From the NCBI GenBank assembly GCA_963833225.1, contig CAWHXD010000019.1, forward strand, positions 576,001 through 640,000: a stretch of DNA of 64,000 bases, written 5' to 3'. Positions 28,627 to 38,041 of the stretch are shown piece after piece. The position numbers and the translations under genes were made by a program. The first letter of the stretch is position 1. Every line of letters starts with the position of its first letter. This DNA comes from an uncultured Chloroflexia bacterium (GTDB lineage: Bacteria; Chloroflexota; Limnocylindria; Limnocylindrales; CSP1-4). The notes beneath the pieces are model-generated. The model did not search any database. It was not told the DNA's origin and worked only from the letters and a program-made list of their open reading frames with translations.

Positions 28627-30483
28627 CTACGACCGCACCAGCGGGTTGGCGACGCGGCCCATGAACAGGATCGCCCCGGTCCCCGTATCGCGGAGCAGGA
28701 ACACGAACGGCTGGTCGAACCGGAGGGTCTTCACCGTCCGCGGGATCGGACCGCCGCAGCCGCCCGTCGTGTCCATTCCCACCGCGGTCGCCGCTGCGGC
28801 CTCGGTGCCCTCCTCGTCGACGTCGATGTTGGCCTGGTGGATGACGACGGCGATGCGCAGGCCGGCGTCGTTGATCCCGCTGAAGTCCGCGTTCGGCGAC
28901 ATCGGGATCCGCATCCCGGCAGCCCCGAGGGCGGGGACGAGATCGCCGCGGGTGTCGATACCGAACTTCGGCAGGAACAGGTTGGTGGCGTAGGCCACGC
29001 TGCCACACTCGGCCTCGGCGGTCTGGCCCGTGCCGCGGGTGACCTTGGTGACCCGCTTCCACTCGGTCTTGAGCTGGCTGTCGATCGCCGCGATCACGGA
29101 CGGCTCGAGCGATCGCTCGAAGGCGTCGATGTCGTCGGGCAGGATGAGGGTCATCGACAGTGGCGCGACGCCCTCGGGCGATGCGTACCTGAGCTCGGTT
29201 GCCCGCCACCCAGGCCCCTCGGCGACCGGGAGCGCCGCCTCGGGCTGGCGCATGGTAGGCACGGAGACGAGGTCTCCGTTCATCGTCGTGAACGGTCGGC
29301 TCTTCGTCTCGGACGCGAACGGCGTTGCCCACTCCGCCTTGAGGTAGACGGCGTTGACGAGGACCAGGCGCGTGCCTTCGTGAATGGTGGCCGGGGTCAG
29401 CAGCTTCGGGATCCGGCCCATCGTCTGCCGGCTGACCCAGCCGTTGATCGCGTCCAGGGCCCCCGCCGGGTCGTTGATGTAGTTGACCAGGGCGAGCGGC
29501 GACCCGAAGGCCGCGCCGATCCGGTCGAGGTACCTGGGCTCGACGGTGTCGCCCTGCTGCCCGAACGCCATGTTGGCCATCCTCAGCGCAAGCGCGTGCT
29601 GTTCGCCGCCCTGGTAGTCGCTCCATGTCGCATCCCGGGAGCGCAGCTCCTGGTCCAGCGCGGCGAGGGCCGTTGCGTACTTCGCCCAGCCATCGAGTCG
29701 CAGGACGTCGTCCATCTCGGCCGCGGTGTCGCCCTTCGCGCCCGCCCGCGCCATTCCCAGGGCCATCATGATGCTCGTCGGCGACATCACGACGCCCTTG
29801 CCGTTGAGCTCGAGCCCTGGATCGCGGAGCATCCGCCGGTACAGGTCGAGACCGAAGGCGTTCTGGGCCGCTGCCGCCGCGCGCGCGGCCGCGATCGTGG
29901 GCTTGCTGCGCGCGACGGTCGCGGCGGCCAGCTCGTAGCCCGGTGTCGGGTCCTTCGCCAGGCCAACCCACGGCGTGCCGTCATGGTCGGCGATGGCGAC
30001 CCATCCCTGGTCAACGGCCACGGCGCCCTTCCCGCTGCCGCCTTTCAGGTCCACCCCGATCGGGGCGACCTTGACCCAGCTGTAGCCGGACGCGCTCACG
30101 CGCCCGGCGATCACCACGAGCTCGGTGCCCTCGCCAAGCGTCGGGACGAACTTGACCGAGTCGTCCGCGACGCGCGGCTCGGAGCGGACGCGCAGGTTGC
30201 CGGTCACGGTCACGGCGAGGGTGCCCGGGAGCAGGCCGGTCCCATCGGCCGGCGGCGCGCTCGGTGGCACCTCGGTGGGAGCCGAGGTCGGCGAGGACGT
30301 GGCCGCGGGAAGCCCGGACGGTGCCCCGGCGGTTGGCGTGGCGCCGGGCGACCCGGAGGCGGTCGCGACCGAGCTGGGCGCGACATCGGTGCCGCACGCG
30401 CCCACGAGGACGAGCGACAGGAGGAGCACGGCGGTCGGAGTCTGGGCTCGGCGACGGTGTTCCCAAAGGGCCGTGGTGTGCAT
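28627..30483 (-). CDS. Serpin-family lipoprotein with N-terminal SH3-like domain
   Basis: Lipobox LVGAC; NAFGLDLY, SPTSI, INGWV..QTMGRIPKL, LVNAVYLKAEW, LPKF, VDEEGTEAAAAT, FDQPFVFLLRD..TGAILFMGRVANP. Confidence 0.95.
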   Translation of the reverse strand: MHTTALWEHRRRAQTPTAVLLLSLVLVGACGTDVAPSSVATASGSPGATPTAGAPSGLPAATSSPTSAPTEVPPSAPPADGTGLLPGTLAVTVTGNLRVRSEPRVADDSVKFVPTLGEGTELVVIAGRVSASGYSWVKVAPIGVDLKGGSGKGAVAVDQGWVAIADHDGTPWVGLAKDPTPGYELAAATVARSKPTIAAARAAAAAQNAFGLDLYRRMLRDPGLELNGKGVVMSPTSIMMALGMARAGAKGDTAAEMDDVLRLDGWAKYATALAALDQELRSRDATWSDYQGGEQHALALRMANMAFGQQGDTVEPRYLDRIGAAFGSPLALVNYINDPAGALDAINGWVSRQTMGRIPKLLTPATIHEGTRLVLVNAVYLKAEWATPFASETKSRPFTTMNGDLVSVPTMRQPEAALPVAEGPGWRATELRYASPEGVAPLSMTLILPDDIDAFERSLEPSVIAAIDSQLKTEWKRVTKVTRGTGQTAEAECGSVAYATNLFLPKFGIDTRGDLVPALGAAGMRIPMSPNADFSGINDAGLRIAVVIHQANIDVDEEGTEAAAATAVGMDTTGGCGGPIPRTVKTLRFDQPFVFLLRDTGTGAILFMGRVANPLVRS

Positions 30484-30608
30484 TGCGGATCACCTGCAAG
30501 CGGTTGATGCCGGCCACTGAGACGTTCCACCGACGGCTCGCGGGGCGCAAGTGGCGATCCGCCCGACTTCCGGCGCGCATTCAGCGCCGGAGTGGCATGC
30601 TCACCGCC

Positions 30609-31463
30609 ATGAGCGACCATGATCTTCCGGCAGGCAGGCCAGCCACAGACCCCGGCGGCAGCGCCGCCCGCGCCGGGGAGGACGCCTCCCACCACAATTC
30701 GCCGCGCACCATCCGCGGGGGCCGGGTCGCCATGCGGCCCGAGACCCACGAGCGGCTCGGCCGCACGGGGTCACGCCGCACCGAGGACGAGAAGCTGCTG
30801 GCCGGGCATCCCGGCCGCCCCGAGTTCCTCGAGACCGACACGTGGCGAGCCCTCCGGATCCTGTCCGAGTTCGTGGAGGGGTTCGAGGCGCTGGCCGGGG
30901 TCGGGCCGGCGGTGGCCGTGTTCGGGTCCGCGCGCACCCCGGAGGACAGCCCGGGCTACGAGGCGGCCCGGCGTGTCGGTGGCGAGCTGGCGAAGGCGGG
31001 CTTCGCCGTGATCACCGGTGGCGGCCCGGGCTCGATGGAGGCGGCCAACCGCGGCGCCCACGAGGAGGGCGGGCTGTCCATCGGCTGCAACATCGAGCTG
31101 CCGCATGAGCAGCACCTCAACCCGTACGTGGACCTCTCGATCGAGTTCCACTACTTCTTCGCCCGCAAGACGATGTTCGTGAAGTACGCCGACGCGTTCG
31201 TGATCATGCCGGGAGGGTTCGGGACGCTCGACGAGCTGTTCGAGTCGCTGACCCTGATCCAGACCGGCAAGATCCGCAACTTCCCGCTCGTGCTCGTCGG
31301 GCACGACTACTGGGACGGGCTCCTCACCTGGATGCGGGACGTCCAGCTGCCGGCCGGGGCGATCTCCCAGGCGGACATCGACCTGCTCACGGTGACCGAC
31401 GACCCGGCCGAGGCTGTCGCCATCATCACCGAGTACGCCAAGGCCAGCGGCCTCACCGCGTGA
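30609..31463 (+). CDS. LOG family protein (TIGR00730 Rossmann fold)
   Basis: VFGSAR, TGGGPGSMEAANRGA, FFARKTMF, PGGFGTLDEL. Confidence 0.93.
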   Translation: MSDHDLPAGRPATDPGGSAARAGEDASHHNSPRTIRGGRVAMRPETHERLGRTGSRRTEDEKLLAGHPGRPEFLETDTWRALRILSEFVEGFEALAGVGPAVAVFGSARTPEDSPGYEAARRVGGELAKAGFAVITGGGPGSMEAANRGAHEEGGLSIGCNIELPHEQHLNPYVDLSIEFHYFFARKTMFVKYADAFVIMPGGFGTLDELFESLTLIQTGKIRNFPLVLVGHDYWDGLLTWMRDVQLPAGAISQADIDLLTVTDDPAEAVAIITEYAKASGLTA

Positions 31464-31491
31464 CGCGGGCCCCGCGGCACCGCTCCTGTCC

Positions 31492-32451
31492 GTGACCCAC
31501 GTCGTCGAGCCGATCCCGGGGGTCGCCGCGGCACCCACCCGCCGCCCCGCCCGCGGCTACCTGCTGTATCTGGGTGCCGCCGCCCTGTTTGCCCTCAACG
31601 GCACCGTGGCCAAGTCCCTGTTGCTGGCCGGGATCGAGGCGACGCGCCTCTCCCAGTTCCGGGCAACCTTCGCGTTCCTCATCCTCCTGGGGGTCGTGGC
31701 CGTCACCAACCGTGGAGCTTTGCGGCTGCGACGCGCGGAGACGCCGCTCCTCCTCGTGTACGGGGTGCTCGGCATCGCGCTGACCCAGTTCCTGTACTAC
31801 CTCGCGATCGAACGGCTGCCGATCGGCATTACGCTGCTGATCGAGTTCACGGCGCCGCTGGTGATCGCGATCTGGTTCCGCTTCGGTCTCAAACACCCCA
31901 CCAGGTCCATCGTCTGGGCGGCGCTGGTGACGGCGATTGGTGGGCTGGCCATCGTCGCCGAAGCCTGGAAGGGGTTCACCCTGGACCCGCTCGGCGTGGT
32001 GTTCGCCATCGGGGCCATGGTGGCGCTCGTGATCTACTTCGTGACCGCCGATGTCCAGGTGCGACAGCCCGCGCCACGCGATCCCGTGTCGCTCACGATG
32101 TGGGGCATGGGGGCGGCGGCCCTTGCCTGGGCAGTCGTTGCCCCCTGGTGGTCGTTCCCATTCGACGACTTCACGGGTGGCGTCCAGCTGCTCGGGGCCG
32201 TGGGGCCGGTGGTGCCTGCCCTCGGCCTTGCGGGCTGGATGGTGGTGCTCGGCACAGTCGTGCCGTTCTCGTTGGTCGTGCTGTCGATGCAGCACCTGCG
32301 GGCGTCCCAGGCGTCGACAGTCGGCCTCACCGAGCCGATCTTCGCGACGGTCATCGCGTGGCTGGCCCTCGGGGAAGCCCTGTCGCCGGTGCAGATCGCC
32401 GGAGCGGCCGTCGTGCTCGCAAGCGTGCTTGTTGCTGAGCGCAACCGCTGA
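31492..32451 (+). CDS. EamA/DMT family transporter
   Basis: About 10 TM helices, two EamA repeats, EPIFATVIAWLALGE. Confidence 0.9.
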   Translation: MTHVVEPIPGVAAAPTRRPARGYLLYLGAAALFALNGTVAKSLLLAGIEATRLSQFRATFAFLILLGVVAVTNRGALRLRRAETPLLLVYGVLGIALTQFLYYLAIERLPIGITLLIEFTAPLVIAIWFRFGLKHPTRSIVWAALVTAIGGLAIVAEAWKGFTLDPLGVVFAIGAMVALVIYFVTADVQVRQPAPRDPVSLTMWGMGAAALAWAVVAPWWSFPFDDFTGGVQLLGAVGPVVPALGLAGWMVVLGTVVPFSLVVLSMQHLRASQASTVGLTEPIFATVIAWLALGEALSPVQIAGAAVVLASVLVAERNR

Positions 32452-32474
32452 GCGTCGGCCGAGCCCAGGCGCCG

Positions 32475-33668
32475 CTAGATCAGGCCCGCGCCGAGCTGCC
32501 CGGCCAGGGCCGCCAGCCCGACGACCACGATCGGGGGCACGCGGCCGGTGAGGAGGGCCGCGAGTCCGACGGCGGCAACCACGACATCGCCCATGCCCTC
32601 GATGGCACCAGTCCAGATGGGGGTGTACAGCGCCGCAAAGAGGATCCCGACCACGGCCGCGTTGGTGCCCAGCAGCGCCCGCCGGAACCGTGGGGCGGTG
32701 CGCATCCGATCCCAGAACGGCAAGGCGCCGAAGACCAGCAGGAACGATGGCAGGAAGATCGCCACCAGGGCGAGCAGCCCGCCCGCCACCCCATTGGGAG
32801 CGACGGTCGACACCGTGCCGAGGTAGCCCGCGAACGTGAACAACGGCCCCGGCACCGCCTGCGCGGCACCGTAGCCGGCGAGGAAGGCGCCATCGGACAC
32901 CCATCCGGGATCGACGACGTTTGCATGGAGCAGCGGGAGCACGACGTGACCGCCGCCGAACACGAGCGCGCCCGACCGGTAGAAGCTGTCGAACACCGCA
33001 GCGGCCTGACCCCCGGCCAGCCGCAGCACCGGCAATCCGACGAGCAGCACCGCAAAGGTCGCAAGCGCCACGGCGCCGACGCGGCGCCCGACGGGTGGCG
33101 GCTGCGGGCTGCGATCCGGGTGTGTCGGGGCGCGGAGCAGGATGACACCCACGGCGGCGCCCGCGCCGATGACCAGGACCTGCGACAGCGGCGACGCGAT
33201 CAGGAGTGACGCGGCGGCGGCCGCGGCGGCGATGAGACGTCGTCGCGCGTCCGGCGCGAGCGATCGAGCCATCAGGATCACGGCCTGTGCGACCACGGCG
33301 ACCGCCGCGAGCTTGAGCCCGTGGACCCAGCCCGCGGTCCCGAGGTCGGCCGGCGACGCGAGCAGGCCGAACGCGATCATCGCGATCGCCGACGGCGTCG
33401 TGAACCCGATCCAGGCGGCAATCCCGCCGAGGATCCCCGCGCGGCGGGTCCCGATCGCGATCCCCAGCTCGCTGCTGGCCGGGCCTGGCAGCATCTGGCT
33501 GAGCGCCACCAGGTCGGCGAACGCCGCCTCGTCCAGCCATCGCCTTCGCTCCACGTACTCGCGCCGGTAATAGCCGATGTGGGCGATCGGACCACCGAAG
33601 GACGTCAGCCCGAGGCGCAGCGCGGCGCCGAGGACCTCGAGGGGGGAGCCAGGTCGTGGTTCGCGCAC
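32475..33668 (-). CDS. chrA: Chromate efflux transporter
   Basis: LGLTSFGGP.AH, QMLPGPASS, GALVFGGGHVVLPLL, AQAVPGPLF. Confidence 0.95.
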   Translation of the reverse strand: MREPRPGSPLEVLGAALRLGLTSFGGPIAHIGYYRREYVERRRWLDEAAFADLVALSQMLPGPASSELGIAIGTRRAGILGGIAAWIGFTTPSAIAMIAFGLLASPADLGTAGWVHGLKLAAVAVVAQAVILMARSLAPDARRRLIAAAAAAASLLIASPLSQVLVIGAGAAVGVILLRAPTHPDRSPQPPPVGRRVGAVALATFAVLLVGLPVLRLAGGQAAAVFDSFYRSGALVFGGGHVVLPLLHANVVDPGWVSDGAFLAGYGAAQAVPGPLFTFAGYLGTVSTVAPNGVAGGLLALVAIFLPSFLLVFGALPFWDRMRTAPRFRRALLGTNAAVVGILFAALYTPIWTGAIEGMGDVVVAAVGLAALLTGRVPPIVVVGLAALAGQLGAGLI

Positions 33669-33696
33669 GTCAACAGGCTACGTGAGTGACCAGGTC

Positions 33697-33855
33697 GCTC
33701 GCGGTGCGCTCTCGCCTGGCTCGCGGTGCGCTCTCGCCTGGCTCGCGGCCCGCACCTGCCTGGCTCACTCAGCCCGCACCTGCCTGGCTCACTCGCCGGT
33801 CGTTGCGATGGCCCGCACCTGCCTGGCTCACTCGCCGGTCGTTGCGATGGCCCGC
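33697..33855. repeat. Nested tandem repeats (22-bp x2, 23-bp x3, 39-bp x2)
   Basis: GCTCGCGGTGCGCTCTCGCCTG at 33697 and 33719; GCCCGCACCTGCCTGGCTCACTC at 33748, 33772, 33811. Confidence 0.9.
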
Positions 33856-34060
33856 GAGGTCTCGTGCCCGCCGCGCGATCAAGAACGTGAACCACGAGGT
33901 CCGCGGTTCATGATCCGGCCCGCTGGCCGGGCACAACGCCGGTCGTGCCATCGCAGTGGTCGCTGGGCGGGCGGGATCGGGCGCCGGGCGGGACCGGGCG
34001 CCGGGCGGGACAGTGTCGCCCGGGCGGGCAGGGAGCGAGCAGGGGGTGGCATCGCGAGCT

Positions 34061-34110
34061 GGACCCTCGACCGCGGCGGCCGACCGGACCCTCGACCGCG
34101 GCGGCCGACC
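34061..34110. repeat. 25-bp perfect tandem duplication
   Basis: GGACCCTCGACCGCGGCGGCCGACC x2. Confidence 0.9.
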
Positions 34111-34127
34111 GCAGCCTCGCCACGGGC

Positions 34128-34604
34128 TCAGGCGGGGACGGCGACCTCGATGATGCCGTCGGTGACGCGCACCGGGTAGTAGCGGAAGCGTCGCACCCGG
34201 GTGAGCCGCCGGGCCTGGCTCTTGGTTCCGGGGGGATCATCCTTGGGCTCGCGTCCGGGCGGCGTCCACACCGGCTCGTAGGTGCCGTCCGGCCAGAGGC
34301 CGCCGGTGGTCGGCATCTGGACGGGGTCGCCAGTGGCCAGGTCGAAGCGGCCGGCGTGCAGCGGACAGGCAACGACGCACCCGTCGATCGACCCGATGGA
34401 CAGGGGAGCCGACATGTGGGGGCACCGGTCGTCCACCGCGCACAGTCCCAGCGACGAATGGGCGAGCAGGATGTCCGCCTCGCCCAGGGTCACCCGCCGG
34501 AGCGCGCCGGGTGGGAGCTCGTCGACGGCGATGGCCGCCCGGAACGGCGCATGGGCGGCACCCGGGGCGAGGAGCGACGGTGGGAACGGGAGGATCTCGA
34601 TCAC
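34128..34604 (-). CDS. Rieske 2Fe-2S ferredoxin
   Basis: DDRCPH and CPLHAGRFD ligands; TACGCT 6 nt before GTG. Confidence 0.9.
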   Translation of the reverse strand: MIEILPFPPSLLAPGAAHAPFRAAIAVDELPPGALRRVTLGEADILLAHSSLGLCAVDDRCPHMSAPLSIGSIDGCVVACPLHAGRFDLATGDPVQMPTTGGLWPDGTYEPVWTPPGREPKDDPPGTKSQARRLTRVRRFRYYPVRVTDGIIEVAVPA

Positions 34605-34721
34605 GGGGCTAGCGTAGCGCGGGACGGGCGCCGACCAGCTCGACGCGCTCACTTGACGCGGAGCAGCCCGACTCCCCAGGTGGGGCGTCGGGCTGCAGGC
34701 CGGGCCGTAACGAGCGGACGG

Positions 34722-36452
34722 TCAGTCGCTTGCGGGTGCGGGGACGGGCGGCTGGCCGACCGGCGCATCGTCCGCGGCCACGGTGGCGGTGGAGCCCGGT
34801 GCAGCCGACGGAACCGGCTCGCGCGCCCCGGCGGACGAACGGAGCGGAAGCTCCTTGAGGAACAGGGCCGCGGCGAAGGCCCCCACGGTGGCAAACGCGC
34901 CGATCAGGAACACCGTCGAGATCGCGAGGCTGAACGACTGCTGGATCGCGAACACGATGCCCGGGATGAGTGGCTCAACCGCGGCCCGGAACGCCTCCGG
35001 GACCCCGGCCAGGATCGTGGCCCCGAGGTCGCCGCCGACCCGGATCAGGCTGGTCGCGTTGCCATCGCCGGCGCTCGTGAACTGGGTGACCATCTGCTGT
35101 GGGACGCCGGCGGTCAGGAGCTGATGCGGCAGCTCCTCGGTCAGCCGGTTGCCGAACACGGTGCCCAGCAGCGCGAGCCCGATGGAGCCGCCGATCTGGC
35201 GGAAGAACGTGAGGTTGGACGTCGCGACGCCCAGCGCCCGGATCGGCACGGCGTTCTGGATGATGATCGTGAACACGGACAGCGTCGGGCCGATGCCCAG
35301 GCCGGCCACGAACATCCAGGCCCACAGGACGGGCAGCGGCGTGTCGGCGCGGATCTGGGTCAGCAGGAGCAGGCCCGCAACCATCAGGATGAGCCCGCCG
35401 AGGATCAGGGCCTTGTACTTGCCGGTTCGCGACACGAGGATCCCCGAGCCGACCGAGCTGATGATCAGTCCGGCGAGCAGCGCCAGCGAGTAGAGGCCCG
35501 AGTTCGTCGGCGTGGCGCCCTGCACGAACTGGAACCACTGCGGCAGGAACACGGCCGCCCCGAAGAAGCCGAACGAGATCAGGAAGGTCGCGATGATCGA
35601 GGCGGAGTAGGTCCGGATTCTCCACAGGTTGAGCGGGACGATCGGCTCCTTGGCACGCGACTCGACCAGCGTGAACACCGCGCCGAGCGCGAGGCCGATC
35701 AGGATCAGCCCGCCGACCTCGAACGTGTTCCAGTCACTGCTCTGCTTGTTGGTCAGGCCGATCAGGAGTGATCCGACGGCGACGATGAACACGCCGGCGC
35801 CCGCGAAGTCGAGGTTGCGGGACGCGTCAGGGCGCTTGACGGTCGGCAGCAGCCGCCAGATCACGGCCAGCGCGACGATGCCGATCGGCAGGTTGACGAA
35901 GAAGATCCAGTGCCAGCTGATCTGCTCGGTCAGGAACCCCCCGAGCAGTGGGCCGACGATCGACGACAGACCGAAGACCGCCCCGAACAGGCCCTGGTAC
36001 TTGCCGCGTTCGGCGGGGCTGAACAGGTCGCCGATGACGGCGAGGCTGATCGGGAACAGGGCGCCCGCGCCGAGGCCCTGGACGCCCCGGAAGATGATCA
36101 GCTGGGTCATGTTCCCGCTCAGGCCGGACAGGACCGAGCCGGTGAGGAACAGGGTGATGCCGATCATCAGCAGCGGCTTCCGGCCGTACAGGTCCGAGAG
36201 CTTCCCGTAGAACGGGACGGTGATCGTCGACGTCAGCAGGTAGATGGTGATCGTCCAGGTCAGCAGCTCCTGGCCACCGAGCTGGGTCACGATGGTGGGC
36301 AGCGCAACCGCGACGATCGTCTGGTCGAGCGCGCCCAGGAACAGCCCCATCATGATCGCGAACAGGATCTCCATCTTCGCGCGGTGGGACAGGTTCAGGG
36401 CGCCGAGACCGTGGGCGGGTTCAGCCTCGTGGGCCGAGGGCATCGCTTCCAA
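34722..36452 (-). CDS. MDR-family MFS efflux transporter (DHA2, EmrB/QacA-like)
   Basis: LDQTIV.VALP, GKLSDLYGRK, GPLLGG, WHWIFFVNLPIG. Confidence 0.93.
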   Translation of the reverse strand: MEAMPSAHEAEPAHGLGALNLSHRAKMEILFAIMMGLFLGALDQTIVAVALPTIVTQLGGQELLTWTITIYLLTSTITVPFYGKLSDLYGRKPLLMIGITLFLTGSVLSGLSGNMTQLIIFRGVQGLGAGALFPISLAVIGDLFSPAERGKYQGLFGAVFGLSSIVGPLLGGFLTEQISWHWIFFVNLPIGIVALAVIWRLLPTVKRPDASRNLDFAGAGVFIVAVGSLLIGLTNKQSSDWNTFEVGGLILIGLALGAVFTLVESRAKEPIVPLNLWRIRTYSASIIATFLISFGFFGAAVFLPQWFQFVQGATPTNSGLYSLALLAGLIISSVGSGILVSRTGKYKALILGGLILMVAGLLLLTQIRADTPLPVLWAWMFVAGLGIGPTLSVFTIIIQNAVPIRALGVATSNLTFFRQIGGSIGLALLGTVFGNRLTEELPHQLLTAGVPQQMVTQFTSAGDGNATSLIRVGGDLGATILAGVPEAFRAAVEPLIPGIVFAIQQSFSLAISTVFLIGAFATVGAFAAALFLKELPLRSSAGAREPVPSAAPGSTATVAADDAPVGQPPVPAPASD

Positions 36453-36463
36453 GAAGGTTCCTT

Positions 36464-36997
36464 TCAGGGGAGTTGGGGACGCAAGTGCGAACAGGGTGCG
36501 GCGCCGGCGTAGCGGTCCGGGGCCTCCGCGAGCTCGTGTTCGATGGCAGCGGCGATGTCCGCCGCCGCATGGGAGAGGCGCTCGACCTGCCTGAGGGTGA
36601 GCCGGCCGATCGCTGCCCGCATGACGTCGCTGCGGATCAGCTCCGCCTCGTCCACGAGCGCCTCACCGACCTCGGTGGGTCGGACGAGCACGACACGCCG
36701 GTCGTCCGGGACGCGAACCCGCTCGACGAGCCCGCGCTCCTCCATCCGGTCGATGATGCCGGTCGTGCTGGACATTGACGCGTCCAGGATCTCCGCCAGG
36801 TGGCCCATCGGCTGCTCGCCGTGGTGGCGGAGCAGCGTGAGCACATGGAAGTGGGTCATGCTGATCCCCAGCCGCACCATGTGCTGGGAGCCCGCACAGC
36901 GGAGCGACCCGACCGCCCGGCCAAGCCCGGCGATCGCGTCCTCGGCCGCGCGGACGCGGGCCTCGGCGCCGTCAGGGATCGGGGTCATGGTTCGCAT
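36464..36997 (-). CDS. MarR-family transcriptional regulator
   Basis: MSSTTGIIDRMEERGLVER...DDRRVVLV; directly upstream of the efflux gene. Confidence 0.93.
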   Translation of the reverse strand: MRTMTPIPDGAEARVRAAEDAIAGLGRAVGSLRCAGSQHMVRLGISMTHFHVLTLLRHHGEQPMGHLAEILDASMSSTTGIIDRMEERGLVERVRVPDDRRVVLVRPTEVGEALVDEAELIRSDVMRAAIGRLTLRQVERLSHAAADIAAAIEHELAEAPDRYAGAAPCSHLRPQLP

Positions 36998-37003
36998 GAG
37001 GTG

Positions 37004-37035
37004 AAGTATTTACGCCATTCGAACTATTCTGTCAA
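37004..37035 (-). promoter_or_regulatory. Sigma70-type promoter of marR-MFS with overlapping AT-rich imperfect palindrome (putative MarR operator)
   Basis: Minus strand TTGACA-N17-TAAATACT; AATAGTTCGaatggCGTAAATACT. Confidence 0.6.
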
Positions 37036-37068
37036 CCTGAACGTTCCATCCCGCACGGAGGATCTGGC

Positions 37069-38036
37069 GTGCGCTTCGCGCTGATGATCGAGCCCCAGAT
37101 GGGTCTCACCTACGACGAGCAGCTCGCGGTCGCCCGCCGGGCGGAGGCGGTCGGCTTTGAGACGCTGTTCCGGTCCGACCACTACGACGCGTTCCCGGGA
37201 CGCACCGACAACCCGACAACGGACGCGTGGACGGTGCTCGCCGGGCTGGCGCGCGAAACGACCAGCATCCGCCTGGGGTCGCTGGTGTCACCGGTGCTGT
37301 TCCGGGCGCCCGGCCACCTGGCCAAGGTGGTCGTCACCGTCGATGAGATGAGCGGCGGCCGGATCGAGGTCGGCCTGGGCGCCGGGTGGCACGAGCACGA
37401 GCACCGTGGTCACGGGATCCCGTTCCCGGAGATCGGGGAACGGGCCGACCGGCTCGAGGAGGCGCTCGAGATCCTGCACGGCCTCTGGGAGCAGCCGGAC
37501 GGCTGGTCATTCCTGGGTGCGCACTACGCGGTTGACGATGCGTTCTTCCGCCCCAGACCCGGCTCCCTGCCGTCCCGGGCCGGGGCACGTCCGACCATCA
37601 TCACCGGCGGCACGGGGACCGCCCGGGGATACCGGATCGCGGCCCGCCATGCGGATGAGTTCAACCTCTCGTCCACCAGCCCCGAGGGGGCCGTCGCCAA
37701 GTTCGCGCGCGCTCGACGACGCCTGCCTGCGCGATCGGGCGCGAGCCCGCCAGCCTCGTGCACTCGGCCATGTCGGGGCTCCTGATCGGGCGGGACGCGG
37801 CGGAGCTCCGGCGCCGCTCGGGTGAGCTCATGGCGGCGTTCGGTGGCTCGGACGATGAGTCCGAGACGTGGTTTGCCGCCCGGCGGCCGCGCTGGGTCTA
37901 CGGGACGCCGGACGAGGCCCGGGACGTGGTTCGGCGGTTTGCGGAGATCGGCGTGGAGCGGCTGATGCTCCAGGACTTCCTCGCGCGCGACCTGGACATG
38001 ATCGACCTGGCCGCCGAGGTGCTGTTCGACGCCTGA
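37069..38036 (+). CDS. LLM-class (probably F420-dependent) oxidoreductase, two +1 frameshifts at ~37707 and ~37730
   Basis: FRSDHY, TDAWTVLAGLARET..IRLG.LVSP, GGRIEVGLGAGW; removing two bases gives AKFAALDDACLAIGREPASL; length 3n+2. Confidence 0.88.
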
Positions 38037-38041
38037 CCGGG

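Noticed and set aside
33697-33855. Possible CRISPR array (23-bp repeat x3)
   Set aside because: Intervening sequences are 1 and 16 bp and the 16-mer is itself repeated; no unique spacers, no cas genes
37524-38041. Long C-terminal extension of the SIS protein overlapping the LLM gene
   Set aside because: Extension is the antisense of the LLM gene; a +1 error before the stop at 38042 explains it more simply
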